Part shown: positions 12,537 through 24,604 of the stretch, one piece after another
How positions within the stretch are numbered: the first letter of the stretch is position 1
Layout: every line of letters starts with the position of its first letter
Position numbers and translations under genes: made by a program
Assembly: GCA_035221665.1 (NCBI GenBank)
Contig: CM069138.1
Location: 50,344,001-50,408,000, forward strand
Direction of reading: 5' to 3'
Length of the DNA: 64,000 nucleotides
From: Okamejei kenojei
Taxonomy: Eukaryota
Notes under the pieces: generated by a model
What the model was told of the DNA's origin: nothing
What the model saw: the letters and a program-made list of their open reading frames with translations, nothing else
Databases searched by the model: none

Positions 12537-14585
12537 TTAACAGAATTGAGAAAATTCAATATTCAAGCCCAAAGGATGCAGACTCCCCAAGCGGAATATG
12601 AGGTGCTGTTCCTCCAGCTTGCGGTGTTGCTCACTCTGGCCGTGGAGGAGGCCCAGGACCGAGAGATCGGATGTGGAATGGGAGGGGGAGTTGAAGTGCT
12701 GAGCCACCGGGAGGTCGGGTTGGTTATTGCGGACCGAGCGGAGGTGTTCGGCGAAGCGATCGCCAAGCCTCCGCTTGGTTTCACCGATATAGATCATCTG
12801 GCATCTGGAGCAGCGGATGCAGTAGATGAGGTTGGAGGAGGTGCAGGTGAACCTCTGTCGTACCTGGTAGGACTGCTTGGGTCCCTGAAAGGAGTGGAGG
12901 GGGGAGGTGAAGGGACAAGTGTTGCATTTCTTGCGGTTGCAAGGGAAAGTGCCCGGGGAAGGGGTAGAGTGGGAGGGGAGGGAAGAATGGACAAGGGAGT
13001 TGCGGAGGGAGCGGTCTTTGCGGAAGGCAGACAGGGGGGGAGATGGGAAGATGTGGCGGGTGGAGGGGTCACGTTGGAGGTGGCAAAACTGGCGGAGGAC
13101 TATATGTTGTATTTGCCGGCTGGTGGGGTGAAAGGTGAGGACCAGGGGGACTCTGCCCTTGTTGCGAGTGGGGGAATAGGGAGCGAGGGCAGTGTTGCGG
13201 GGTATGGAGGAGACCCTGGTGCGAGCCTCATCAATAGTGGGGGAGGGGAATCCCCGTTCTCTGAAGAATGAGGCCATTTGTGATGACCTGGTGTGGAACA
13301 CCTCATCCTGGGAGCAGATGCGGCGTAGACGGAGGAATTGGGAATAGGGGATGGAGTCCTTACAGGGAGCAGGGTGGGAGGAAGAGTAGTCCAGGTAGCT
13401 GTGGGAGTCAGTAGGTTTGTAGTGGATGTCGGTCAGGAGCGTATCACCTGCAATAGAGATGGTGAGGTCAAGGAATGGTAGGGAAGTGTCGGAAATGGTC
13501 CAAGTGTATTTGAGTGCCGGATGGAAGTTGGTGGTGAAATGAATGAAGTCAGTCAGTTGTGTGTGGGTGCAGGAGGTGACACCAAAGCAGTCGTCGATGT
13601 AACGGAGGTAGAGGTCGGGGATGGGGCCCTGGTACGCCGAGAACAAGGATTGTTCGACGTACCCAACAAAGAGGCAAGCGTAGCTGGGGCCCATGCGTGT
13701 GCCCATAGCTACGCCTTGTGTTTGGAGGAAATGGGAGGAATCAAAAGAGAAGTTATTGAGGGTGAGGACCAACTCTGCTAGGCGGAGGAGGGTGTCAGTG
13801 GACGGGTATGGGTTGCTCCTCTGGTCGAGGAAGAACCGGAGGGCTTTGAGACCGTCCTGGTGGGGGATGGAGGTGTAGAGTGACTGGACGTCCATGGTAA
13901 AGATGAGAGGATGGGGGCCTGGAGAATGGAATGTGCGGAGCCGACGGAGAGTGTCTGAGGTGTCTTGAACATAGGTGGGGAGGGATTTAACAAAGGGGGA
14001 TAGGATGGAGTCAAGGTATGTGGAAATGTGTTCGGTGGGGCACGAACAGGCAGAGACAATGGGTCTGCCAGGGCAGTCGGGTTTGTGGATTTTGGGGAGA
14101 AGGTAAAATCGGGCTGTGCGGGGCTGGGAAACGATGAGGTCGGAGGCTCGGGAGGGTAGGGAGCCCGAGCTGATGAAGTCAGTTATGGTGCTCGAGATGG
14201 TGGCCTGGTGTTCGTCAGTGGGGTCATGGTCCAGGGGTAAGTAGGAGGAGGTGTCCGAGAGTTGGCGCGCGGCCTCCGCTTTGTAGAGATCGACGCGCCA
14301 GACTACCACGGCACCTCCCGTGTCGGCGGGTTTGATAACCCAGTCTGGGTTGTTACGGAGTGAGTCGATGGCAGTACGTTCAGGGCTGGAGAGATTGGAG
14401 TGAGACAGGGGGGTGGAGAAGTCGAGGCGGTTGATGTCCCGACGGCAGTTCTGGATAAATAGTTCTACAGCCGGAAGGCTACGAGGGGGGGTCCAAGTGG
14501 AGGCGGTGCGTGGGAGACAGGAAAAGGGATCATCAGTGGGGGGCGAGGGCTTCTTCCCGTGGAAGAACGCTGTGAGGCGGAGGCA
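12537..14585 (-). CDS. Penelope/Neptune reverse transcriptase-GIY-YIG endonuclease (5'-truncated, uninterrupted frame)
   Basis: Motifs FYLLPKIHK, GRPIVS, MDVQSLYTSI, QGVAMG, LRYIDD, Cys linker CNRKKCNTC (Neptune hallmark) and LIYCIRCSRC..IYIGETKR (GIY-YIG). The frame stays open upstream of 14309 to ~14585, reading ...VIKPADTGGAVV. Confidence 0.95.
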   Translation of the reverse strand, partial: CLRLTAFFHGKKPSPPTDDPFSCLPRTASTWTPPRSLPAVELFIQNCRRDINRLDFSTPLSHSNLSSPERTAIDSLRNNPDWVIKPADTGGAVVVWRVDLYKAEAARQLSDTSSYLPLDHDPTDEHQATISSTITDFISSGSLPSRASDLIVSQPRTARFYLLPKIHKPDCPGRPIVSACSCPTEHISTYLDSILSPFVKSLPTYVQDTSDTLRRLRTFHSPGPHPLIFTMDVQSLYTSIPHQDGLKALRFFLDQRSNPYPSTDTLLRLAELVLTLNNFSFDSSHFLQTQGVAMGTRMGPSYACLFVGYVEQSLFSAYQGPIPDLYLRYIDDCFGVTSCTHTQLTDFIHFTTNFHPALKYTWTISDTSLPFLDLTISIAGDTLLTDIHYKPTDSHSYLDYSSSHPAPCKDSIPYSQFLRLRRICSQDEVFHTRSSQMASFFRERGFPSPTIDEARTRVSSIPRNTALAPYSPTRNKGRVPLVLTFHPTSRQIQHIVLRQFCHLQRDPSTRHIFPSPPLSAFRKDRSLRNSLVHSSLPSHSTPSPGTFPCNRKKCNTCPFTSPLHSFQGPKQSYQVRQRFTCTSSNLIYCIRCSRCQMIYIGETKRRLGDRFAEHLRSVRNNQPDLPVAQHFNSPSHSTSDLSVLGLLHGQSEQHRKLEEQHLIFRLGSLHPLGLNIEFSQFC

Positions 14586-15031
14586 TTGAAACTGAACTGA
14601 ACTGAACTATTGTTCTGCCTTTGACAATTTGGTCAACTGCTTTCCTGTTATAGTGAGAAAGTACCTGCGGATATTTTCTCTCCTTTCAGGGGGACTGGGT
14701 CTTCCAGCCAGGCCTGCTGTCAGGTACGGCCGTGGCTTGCTGGGATCCTCCTTGCCGGGATTCGGCTTGCCGGAGTACAATACCTTGTTTTGCTCCCCCC
14801 TCAGACCGCCTGCACTGTGGCTTTTATCTTTTTTCCCATGACCTCCCTATATCCAAAACCTACATGTAACCTGCTGCCTGTTCAAGTGCCCCTCCCTCCT
14901 CCTGCATTTCGTCACCTTAGCACTGGATGGAACTAAGATCACTACGCAACAAATGGTCAACAGAACTAAGCATGGGAAAAGCTCAGGAATAACACTAAAA
15001 GCTGTAGCACCTATTCCTTTGGATAGAAAGG

Positions 15032-15710
15032 TGATGATACAACTGCTGATGGTAGTAGCATAATGAATTCTGAAGTGTATAGACACATCCTATCTGCTCA
15101 AGTTCACACAAATGCCTCAAAACACATTGGCCAGCAGCTCATTCTACAACAACACAATGATCACAAACATACTGCTAAAGCATCAAAGGAGTTTTTCAAA
15201 ACTAAAAAATGGTAAATTCTTGAGTGGCCAAGTCAATCACTCGATCTGAACCCAATTGAGCATGCCTTTTATATGCTGAAGAGAAAACTGAAGGGGACTA
15301 GCCCCCAAACAAGCATAAGCTAAAGATGGCTGCAATACAGGTCTGGCAGAACATCACCAGGGAAGATTACAATCGAGTCATTTACAATCGAAGACACCCA
15401 GCAACCCGTGATGTCCGTGAATCGCAACCCGTGATGTCCGTGAATGTCATATGCAAAAAAATACTAAATATGACTACATTCATTTACATGACATTGCTGT
15501 GTCCAAAACACTATGTGCCCTGAAATGGGGGAACTATGTATAAACACTGCTGCAATTTCTACATGGTGTAACCAAAATGTCCTTTATTAAAATCTGACAA
15601 TGTGCACTTTAACCACATGTGATTTGTTCTATTACAAATCTCAAATTGTGGAGTACAGAGGCAAATAAATAAATGATGGGTCTTTGTCCCAAACATTATG
15701 AAGGGCATTG
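15032..15710 (+). mobile_element. Tc1 transposon, 5'-truncated (same family as 40070-41712)
   Basis: Colinear with 41050-41712. Contains the EWPSQSLDLNPIEH motif and a right TIR ...cccaaacattatgaagggcattg followed by TA. Confidence 0.9.
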
Positions 15711-15712
15711 TA

Positions 15713-16065
15713 ACCCTTGTTTTCCCTCTCTCTCCACCTCCCCCCCCCCCCTCTAGTTCTCCGACCAATCTTTGACTGTCCCCCTGAATAAATGTTCTCT
15801 CTGTATGCTTCATTGTCTACTTCTGGCTAACAATGATATATTCTACATTTTCCTTGAGCTTCATCCCCTTTGATGTGTCATTTTCACACCTTACACTTCC
15901 TGACCTCTGTATCACCCTCTCCCCTGACTCTCAGTCTGAAGAAGGGTCTCGACCCGAAATGTCACCTATTCCTTTTATCCGGAGATGCTGCCTGTCCCGC
16001 TGAGTTACTTCAGCTTTTTGTGTCTATCTTCGGTGTAAACCAGCATCTGCAGTTCCTTCCTACCC
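15713..16065 (+). mobile_element. Solo Penelope pLTR (older subfamily) with hammerhead core at 15936-15963
   Basis: ctgaagaagggtctcgacccgaaatgtc core followed by the conserved ...ccagcatctgcagttcc tail. Confidence 0.8.
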
Positions 16066-16199
16066 AACACTTATCTGCCTGCACCTAACCCATATTCCAC
16101 CATGCCCTGGATCTCCATGTGCCTATCCAAGGCGAAGCTGGAAGAGGGTCTGGGAAGTGATGGATGGATACAGGTGAGGGGGTGTGGGTGGGGTTGATT

Positions 16200-17010
16200 G
16201 GCAGAGAAATGTGAGGTGTTGCATTTTGGGAAGTCTAACATAGGCTGGACCTACACAGTGAATGGTCAGGCTCTGGGTAGTGTTGTAGAGCAGAGGGATC
16301 TAGGAGTACAGGTACATGGTTCCTTGAAGGTGGACTTGCAGGTAAACAGGGTGGTCAAAAAGGCTTTTGGCACATTGGCCTCCATCAGTCAAAATATTGA
16401 GTATAGAAGTTAGGCGGTCATGTTGCAGTTGTATAAGACGTTGGTAAGGCCGCATTTAGAGTATTGTGCACAGTTCTGGGTAAGATGTTGCCAAGCTGGA
16501 AAGGGGACAGAGAAGACTTAAGAGGATGTTGCCAGAACTAGAGGGTCTGACCTATAGGGAGAGGTTGAGTAGGCTGGGACTCTATTCCTTGGAGCACAGG
16601 TGGATGAGGGGTGATCTTATAGAGGTGTAAAAAATCATGAGCGAAATAAATTGGGTAGATGCACAGAGTCTCTTGCCCAGAGTAGGTGAATCGAGGACCA
16701 GAGGACATTGGTTTAAGGTGAAGGTGAAACTATTTGATAGGAATCTGAGGGGTAACTTTTACATACAAAAGTTGGTGAGTGTATAGAACAAGCTGCCAGA
16801 GGAGGTCATTGAGGCTGGGACTATCCAAACATTTGAAAAAGAGACAGGTACATGGATAGGACAGTTTTGGAGGGATATGGACCAAACGCGGGCAGCTGGG
16901 ACATGTTGGCTGGTGTGTAGCTACATGTGAACATGTAGCTGGGACATGTTGGCTGGTGTGGGCAAGTTGGGCCGAAGTGCCTGTTTCCACACTGTATTAC
17001 TCTATGACTA
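16200..17010 (+). mobile_element. CR1/HER1 LINE, 5'-truncated
   Basis: KCEVLHFGKSN...ALGSVVEQRDLGVQVH; 3'UTR gggccgaag..cctgtttcc with ctatgact tail. Confidence 0.9.
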
Positions 17011-19354
17011 TGAGATGGGAAGACAAGTGTGAGGTAAGGACATAACAAAAAAAAGTTATAACTTTATCGTGTCAGGATTCCAAGTGCCTTTACCAATGCA
17101 GTTTGTTTGTTGTAGTGGAATTCTACTGTCTCAATAGACAATGGACAATAGACAATAGGGGTAGGAGTAAGCCATTCGGCCCTACGAGCCAGCACCGCCA
17201 TTTACTGTGATCATGGCTGATCATCCACAATCCGTTCCTGCCTTCTCCCCATATCCCTTGACTCCGCAATCTTCAAACAGCTTTGGGTAACATTTCTGTC
17301 ATTGCAGATTTGTCATGCAACAATACAACTTAAAATTATCTCTAGGACGAGATGGTGTGTTCAGGATTCTCTATTGAGTTGCTGTTGTTGGGTGTGGCAT
17401 TATTTTGCATTATTATTTACAGTATAGTAACATGATGTGGTTGAAAGAATTTCTGCCCTATTTGTTTTGGAGAATTACAGAAGCTTTTAAGTTAAAGAGT
17501 CAACGAGTCATAGAGTGAAACAGTGTGGAAACAGGCCCTTCGGCCTAACGTGCCCCACACTTGCCAACAATGACCCAGCTACACTAATCCCACTTGCCTG
17601 CGCTTGGTCCATATCCCTCCAAACCTGTCCTATCCATATACGGGCTCTGCATCTATATCAACAAGGACTGGTGCACCAACCACACTGCAGTAGAGAGCTA
17701 CTGTTCCCCAGACCTGGAATACCTACTACTTAAATGTAGGCCGTTTTACCTGCCTTGGGAGTTTACTGTGGTTATCATCATGGCCATATACATCCCACCA
17801 CAGGCTAATGCTAACCTAGCGCTAGCACAGCTGCACTCAGCCATCAGCAAGCAGCAGGATGCTCACCCCGATGGTGCCTTCATTGTTGCAGGGGTCTTTA
17901 ATCAGGTGGACCTACGAGATGCACTCCGCAAATTCCACCAGCATGTGCAGTGCCCTACCAGGGGCTCAAACACGCTGGATAAAGTGTACACCAACATCAA
18001 GGACGCATACAGAGCCCTCCCCTGCCCATCCCTGGGACAATCCGATCACCTCTCACTGTTTCTACTGCCTGCATATAAACCCCTCATCCGCAAGACCAAA
18101 CCTGCAATAAAGACGGTCAAAATATGGCCTGAGGACGCCACCCTACAACTCCAGGACTGCTTTGATCGCACCGACTGGGACCTGTTTGCACAACAGGCTA
18201 CCAGTGGTACAGAGGTAGACTTGGAGGAGTACACACCCACTGTGCTCTCCTACATAAACTGCTGTGTGGAGACTGTCACAGTGGACAAGCAAATAAAGAT
18301 GTTCCCAAACCGGAAACCGTGGATGAACAAGGAGGTTCAGAATCTGCTAAGGGCACGCAACATTGCCTTTACATCCAGGGACACTTCCGCCTACAGTGCT
18401 GCCAGGTCAAACCTGAACAAAGGCATAAAAAAAGGCCAAAGACATCCACAGGCAAAGGGTGGAAGACCACTTCAACACCGCGGACACCAGAAGCATGAGG
18501 CAGGGTGTCAGGGACATCACTGACTACAAGAGCAGCCCCGCCTGCCCCCACAGTGACATCACACTGGCCAATGAATTAAACACCTTCTTTGCCCGCTTCG
18601 AAACTGGCAGCACCACCAGCAGAGGAACAACCCCGGCCAGGGCGGAGGGACAGGCCTTAACACTGAGCACCCAGGAGGTACAGTGAGCTCTGCATAGGAT
18701 CAGTCCACGCAAGGCTGCAGGCCCGGATGGAGTCCAGGGTAGGGTACTAAAGGACTGTGCTGTACAGCTGGCGGAGGTATTTACGAGGATCTTCAACCTG
18801 TCTCTATCTCTGGCAACGGTGCCCATGTGCCTGAAGACAGCTACCATAGTGCCGGTGCCGAAGAGGTCTAAACTCACCAACCTGAATGACTACCGCCCGG
18901 TTGCCCTAACTCCAATATTAATGAAGTGTTTTGAAAGGCTGGTCCTCTCCCACATCAAATCCAGCATCCCTGCATCATTGGACTCTCATCAATTTGCATA
19001 CAGGGCCAATAGATCCACAGAAGATGCCATCTCTGTGGTTCTTCACACTGTCCTGACCCACCTGGAAAGACAGGGCACGTACGTGAGGATGCTCTTCATT
19101 GACTATAGCTCTGCCTTCAATACGGTCATCCCCACCAAGCTCACCACCAAACTCCACCAGCTAGGCCTCAGCTCACTGATATGCGATTGGATCCTGAACT
19201 TTCTGACGGAGCGACCGCAGGCAGTGAGACTGGGGCCGCACCTGTCCTCCACTATCACCCTGAGCACCGGCACACCACAGGGCTGTGTACTGAGCCCCAT
19301 ACTCTACTCCCTCTTCACCCACGACTGTGTCCCTGCATTTGACAACAACACCAT

Positions 19355-20012
19355 ATAACACCATATAACCATATAACAATTACAGCACGGAAACAGGCCC
19401 TCTCGGCCCTTCCAGTCCGTGCCGACCATTTGTTTTCCCCTAGTCCCATCTACCTGCACTCAGACCATACCCCTCCATTCCCTTCACGTCCATATACCTA
19501 TCCACTTTACTCTTAAATGTTAAAATCGATCCTGCCTCCACCACTTCTGCTGGAAGCTCATTCCACACAGCCACCACCCTCTGAGTAAAGAAGTTCCCCC
19601 TCACGTTACCCCAAAACCTCTGTCCCTTAATTCTCATGTCATGCCCTCTTGTTTGAATCTTCCCTACCCTCAATGGGAAAAACGTATCCTCGTCAACTCT
19701 GTCTATCCCTTTCATCATTTTAAAGACCTCAATCAAGTCCCCTCTTAACCTTCTGCGCTCCAAAAGAATAAAGACCTAACTTGTTCAACCTTTCTCTGTA
19801 ACATAGTTGCTGGAACCCTGGCAACATTCTAGTAAATCTCCTCTGTACCCTCTCTATTTTGTTGACATCCTTCCTATAACTAGGCGACCAAAATTGTACA
19901 CCATACTCCAGAATTGGTCTTACCAATGCCTTGTACAATTTTAACATTACTTCCCTACTCCTATATTCAATGCTCTGATTTATAAAGGCCAGCACACCAA
20001 AGGCTTTCTTTA
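19355..20012 (-). mobile_element. Young CR1 LINE 3' part inserted in the Rex RT (same family as 57504-59189)
   Basis: KKAFGVLAFINQSIEYRS...YKALVRPILEYGVQFWSP; (ATATGGTT) tail; ACCAT present at both junctions. Confidence 0.9.
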
Positions 20013-20886
20013 CCATTATCAAGTTTGCAGACGACACAACGGTGATCGGGCTGATCACCAACGGTGATGAAACAAACTATAGAGCGGAGGTGCAGAACCT
20101 GGCGGATTGGTGCTCACGGAACAACTTGTCGCTAAACACCTCCAAGACCAAGGAGCTGATTAACGACAGGTCACAGAATGGGGAATACGCCCCAATCTCC
20201 ATCTACGGAGACAGTGTGGAGAGAGTGTCCAGCTTCAAATTTCTGGGCATTCACATCTCAGAGGACCTCACATGGTCCACCAACACCGCTGCGCTGGTCA
20301 AAAAGGCACAGCAACGACTGTTCTTCATAAGAACATTGAAACGGACAGGTCTTCCCCAACAGCTGCTGACAACCTTCTACCGCTGCACCACAGAGAGCAT
20401 ACTAACGTATGGCATCTCTGTGTGGTATCTCAGCTGCACGGAGGCGGAGAGGAGAGCTCTTCAGCGCGTCGTCCACAGAGCGCAACAGATTATTGGGACA
20501 CCGCTACCAGCCTTGGAGGGCATCTACCACACACGGTGCCTCAGGAAAGCCGTCAGCATCCATAAAGACTCCTCTCACCCTTGTAATGAACTGTTCGAGC
20601 TACTCCCTTCCGGCAGATGTTACAAGGCCTTCTACCACACCACCAGACTCAGGAACAGCTTCATTCCCAGAGCTATAGTGGCTCTGAACCGGCCCTGCTG
20701 AGTACCCCCCCACCGCCATGGACTGTCTCCCCCGGCCTCGCACTTTAGTCTGTATTGATTTTACTGGTCTAATGTTCGTTTTTACAAACCTTGTTCTCGG
20801 GGTATCTAAACCTAAATTTTATTTATGACATCGGATGGAAGTTGCAAACCAAATCTCGTTGCACTTATGTGTAATGACAATAAAAG

Positions 20887-20887
20887 A

Positions 20888-20929
<42 letters not shown>

Positions 20930-20936
20930 TATTATT
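20887..20936. repeat. (ATT)n microsatellite (Rex LINE tail)
   Basis: Seen directly in the sequence. Confidence 0.95.
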
Positions 20937-21689
20937 ATACCTGTCTAACTGTTTCTTAAATGATGGGATAGTCCCAGCCTCATCGACCTCCTCTGGCACC
21001 TTGTTCCATACACCCACCAGCCTTTGTGCGAAAAAGTTATCCCTCGGATTCCTATTCAATCTTTTCCCCTTCACCTTGAACCTATGTCCTCTGGTCCTCG
21101 ATTCCCCTACTCGGGCAAGCGACTCTGTGCATCTACCCGATCTATTCCTCTCATGATTTTGTACACCTCTATAAGATCCCCCCCTCATCCTCCTGTGCTC
21201 CATGGAATAGAGACCCAGCCTACTCAACCACTCCCTGTAGCTCACACCCTCTAGTCCTGGCAACATCCTCGTAAATCTTTTCTAAACCCTTTCAAGCTTG
21301 ACAATATCTTTCCTATAACATGGTGCCCAGAACTGAACACAATATTCTAAATGTGGTCATACAACTGCAACAAGACCGCCCAACTTCTATACTCATACAC
21401 TGACTGATGAAGTTCTCAGGTCTTGGCCCTTATCACATGTGTGCTTCTTGCTGCATAAGTTGGAAGTGTTTTAGAATTGAAGGAATTGCAGCAGATTAAG
21501 GTCACTTGTCCATCACCAGTGCACTAAGTGCTGGAGTAACTCAGCAGGTCAGGCAGCATCTTTGGAGAACATGGATAAGTGACATTTCCCATCGGGAACC
21601 TTCTTGAGTCTGAACCCAAAGCATCACTTATTCATGTTCTCCAGAAATGCTGCCTGACCTGCTGGGTTACTCCAGCAGACTTCAGACTT

Positions 21690-21935
21690 TAGAGATAGTG
21701 TGGAGATAGGCCCTTCATCCCACTGAGTCCGTGCCGACCAGCGATCACCCCGTACACTAGCCCTATCTTACGCACTAATGACAATTTCCATTTTTTTTAC
21801 CAAAGCCAATTAACCAACAAACCTGCACGTCTTTGGAGTGTGGGAGGAAACCGTAGCATCCGGAGAAAACCCACAGTGTCACAGGGAGAATGGACAGACT
21901 CCGTACGACAGCACCCGTAGTCAGGATCAAATCTG
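21690..21935 (-). mobile_element. HE1/V-SINE flanked by Penelope pLTR fragments (21525-21678, 21960-22060)
   Basis: Reverse V-domain (cgtctttggagtgtgggaggaaaccg...cacagggagaatggacagactccgtacg). Confidence 0.85.
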
Positions 21936-22410
21936 GGTGTGCACTTTCAAAGCACTTTGTGTCTTTTTGTGCACAAAGCGTTCTGACCTGAAACATCACC
22001 TCTCCATGACCTCCGGAGATGTTGTGTGACCTGCTAAGTTACTCCAGCACTTTGTGTTGTTCACTGTCTGTTCATCCATTACCAAACTGGCAATACATCA
22101 TTGTGGATGACTGCTAAAGGACAATCTTATCTCATGAATGCTGCCTCATCTCTGAAAGCTATCTCTTTTATCTGCACTCTTGCATTCTTTCTCTCTGTCT
22201 CATCTCATTCCCTCTTTCTTTTTTTGTCCCTCTATAAAGTATTTTCAATGGGTATCTGATTGAAATTTGCAACCTGCAGTGGAATGAAACTTTTTGAGAT
22301 AACGGTCACTCACAGAAGCTCTGTGGTTTTGAGTTGGAAGAAATGGATTTTTTTTTCAATTCTAATTTTTCTCTGAAACTTATGTTTCCAAAACATTACT
22401 ATATGTGCAT

Positions 22411-22423
22411 TATCTATCCATCC

Positions 22424-22478
<55 letters not shown>
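22411..22478. repeat. (TATC)n / GATA microsatellite
   Basis: Seen directly in the sequence. Confidence 0.95.
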
Positions 22479-22481
<3 letters not shown>

Positions 22482-22805
22482 TTTATTTCTAAAGATGTTA
22501 TTTCTATCTTTATTTATTTATCTATGCATTATTTATTTATTTGCCAATTTATTCATCATTTTTTTCATCTGTTTATCCTTTTACTTATTTATTGGTTATG
22601 AATACAAAACAGTTTGTTGCTTTCTATTTATTCATGGTAATAAAAATATTACGAAGTGGTGGTGTAACTCAGCAGGTCAGTTAGCATATCTGGAGAACAT
22701 GGATAGTAACGCTTTGGATTGGGATCCCTTCTCAGACCCTTCACCATCCCTCATTCATTCATGGTGTTGCCAACTCTACTTCGTCGTAGTCATCAAGGAT
22801 AGCGA

Positions 22806-23132
22806 GAATCTGGAGGTGTGCGTTTTCACACTGTGCGTCTTGCCTGATGGGAGAGGGAAGAAGTGGGAGTGACCAGGGTGAGACTGGTCCTTGATTATGC
22901 AGGCGACCTTGCAGAGGCTGCGGGAAGTGTTAATGGTGTCAATGGAAGGGAGGTTGGTTTGCGTGATGGTCTGGGTTGCGCCCACAACTCTCTGCAGTTT
23001 CCTGCAGTCTTGGATGGAGTTTTTCCCAAACCATGCTGTGATGTTTCCTGATAAAATGCTTTCTACGGTACATCTGTAGAAGTTGGTGACGGTTGTCGGG
23101 GACATGCCAAAATTTCCTAAGCCTTCTAAGGA
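22806..23132 (-). mobile_element. Rex1/Babar-type LINE C-terminal fragment
   Basis: TNFYRCTVESILSG.ITAWFG...LQRVV..TQTITQTNLPSI...HPGHSHFFPLPSGK. Confidence 0.85.
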
Positions 23133-23974
23133 ACATGCTCCTGTCAGAGTGAAGGGCAGGAGTCTGGCAGAAGTATGGGAACCTGGTTGAGAAGAGATAT
23201 TGAGGCTCTGGTCCAGAAAAAGGAGGAAAACATCATGTGGAGTCAACAGGGATTGTGAATCTCTTGAGGGATATAGGGGATGTACTCAAGAGAAAAATCT
23301 GGAGTGCAAAAGGGGGACATGAGATACTTTGGATGGAGAAATCCAAGAATAAAATGTTAGATATTAATATATTGCAGCATCTTAAAAACAAAAGAGTTAC
23401 TAGGGAGAGAAAAAAAGCCTCTTAAACATCAATAAGGTTATCTATGTGTGGAGCCACAGGAGTTGGGTGAGGTTTTAAATTTATATTTTTTGTCTATATT
23501 CACCGGAGAGAAATACTTTGATGCTCGGAACTCAGTGAAGCTAGCAGTGATGTCTTGAGGAACGAAAATAGAACATGGAACAGCACAAGTACAGGCCCTT
23601 TGGCCCACAATGTTTGTGCCGAACATGATGTTGAGACCTTCTCTTAACTGCCTGCAAATAATTCATGTCCCTCCATTTCCTGCATATCGTGTGCCTAATC
23701 GGAGAGTCATTGGAGAGATTTTTAGAGATAGGATTTACATGCATTTTGAAAGCTAAGGACTGATTAGGTTTAGTTTAGCTTTGTGTGTGGGAAATCAGGA
23801 CTCATGAATTTGATTGGGTTTTTGGGGATTCTGGTGATGTGAGACAACGGCTCAACCAGCTGCGCAATTATGCCGCCCACCGTACCAATAACTGTCACAC
23901 TCTTTTCCCCAGGGTTGGGTGGTCTAAACCTGGAGGCCACAGGTTTGTGAGGGGAACGACTCAAAAGGGACCTT

Positions 23975-24205
23975 AATCATAGAATCATAGAAAATAGGTG
24001 CAGGAGTAGGCCATTCGGCCCTTCGAGCCTGCACCGCCATTCAATATGATCATGGCTGATCATCCAACTCAGTATCCTGTACCTGCCTTCTCTCCATACC
24101 CCCTGATCCCTTTGGCCACAAGGGACACCTCTTAAATATAATCAATGAACTGGCCTCAACTACCTTCTGTGGCAGAGAATTCCACAGATTCACCACTCTC
24201 TGTGT
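23975..24205 (-). mobile_element. CR1 3' fragment
   Basis: QRVVNLWNSLPQKVVEASSL; 3'UTR ggctcgaagggccgaatggcctactcc. Confidence 0.85.
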
Positions 24206-24604
24206 GTTAAGGGGCATCTTGTGAGAGGGAATGGATGCAAAAGTGGGATAACAGAGAACTAGTGCGAACGGATGATCGATAGTCGGTGTGTAATCGATGG
24301 GCTGAAGGGTCTGTTTCCATGCTGTATCTCTAAAACTAAAACTAGAGCTATGATCTTCATAGCTGTCTTGTGGGCATTGTGTACTTCGAGAAAAGGAAAC
24401 TCCAATGTGGACACGTGGAATATAGAGTTCTTGGAATGTGCAAGAGTCTTCGCTGAGATGTTTATTGGAACTGCTGTCCCAAATTTCTAACAGAACTTGC
24501 AACCTCTACTGATTGGCACCCCTGGGCTGCAGAATGTGCAGAGGGCTCTGAGGGGAGTACAGCAATGGAAGACTGCACACACAACCTATAATTACTGGCG
24601 ATGG

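Larger units (their letters stand above)
12206..14587 (-). mobile_element. Penelope-like element (Neptune type), 5'-truncated, with 3' pLTR
   Basis: RT plus GIY-YIG ORF followed by a pLTR with a hammerhead core. Flanked on both sides by (ACTGA/ACTAA)n. Confidence 0.95.
17642..20936 (+). mobile_element. Rex1/Babar-clade LINE (APE endonuclease + RT, disrupted)
   Basis: GLCIYINKDWC, CRPFYLP, YIPP, GQSDH (endonuclease); [39 protein letters not shown] (RT). The 3' end is tgacaataaa plus (ATT)n. Confidence 0.92.
17500..21410 (-). mobile_element. CR1/HER1 LINE host, split by the Rex1/Babar insertion (segments ~17500-17641 and ~20936-21410)
   Basis: The 3'UTR at 17500-17641 continues seamlessly at 20936 (...tatccatatac | ctgtctaactg). 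ORF 20865-21266 is a CR1 C-terminus. Confidence 0.85.

Noticed and set aside
12251-13271. ORFs 12251-12559 (-), 12546-13271 (+) and their twins at 27737-28622
   Set aside because: They are shared only because the two copies are near-identical. They are pLTR or antisense frames with no independent coding evidence.
14690-14723. Possible 34-nt micro-exon (tttcag|...cag|gtacgg)
   Set aside because: Splice signals only, not frame-preserving, and no linked exons identified.
22405-22872. Hydrophobic 155-aa ORF
   Set aside because: Translation of a (TATC)n microsatellite and AT-rich low-complexity DNA.
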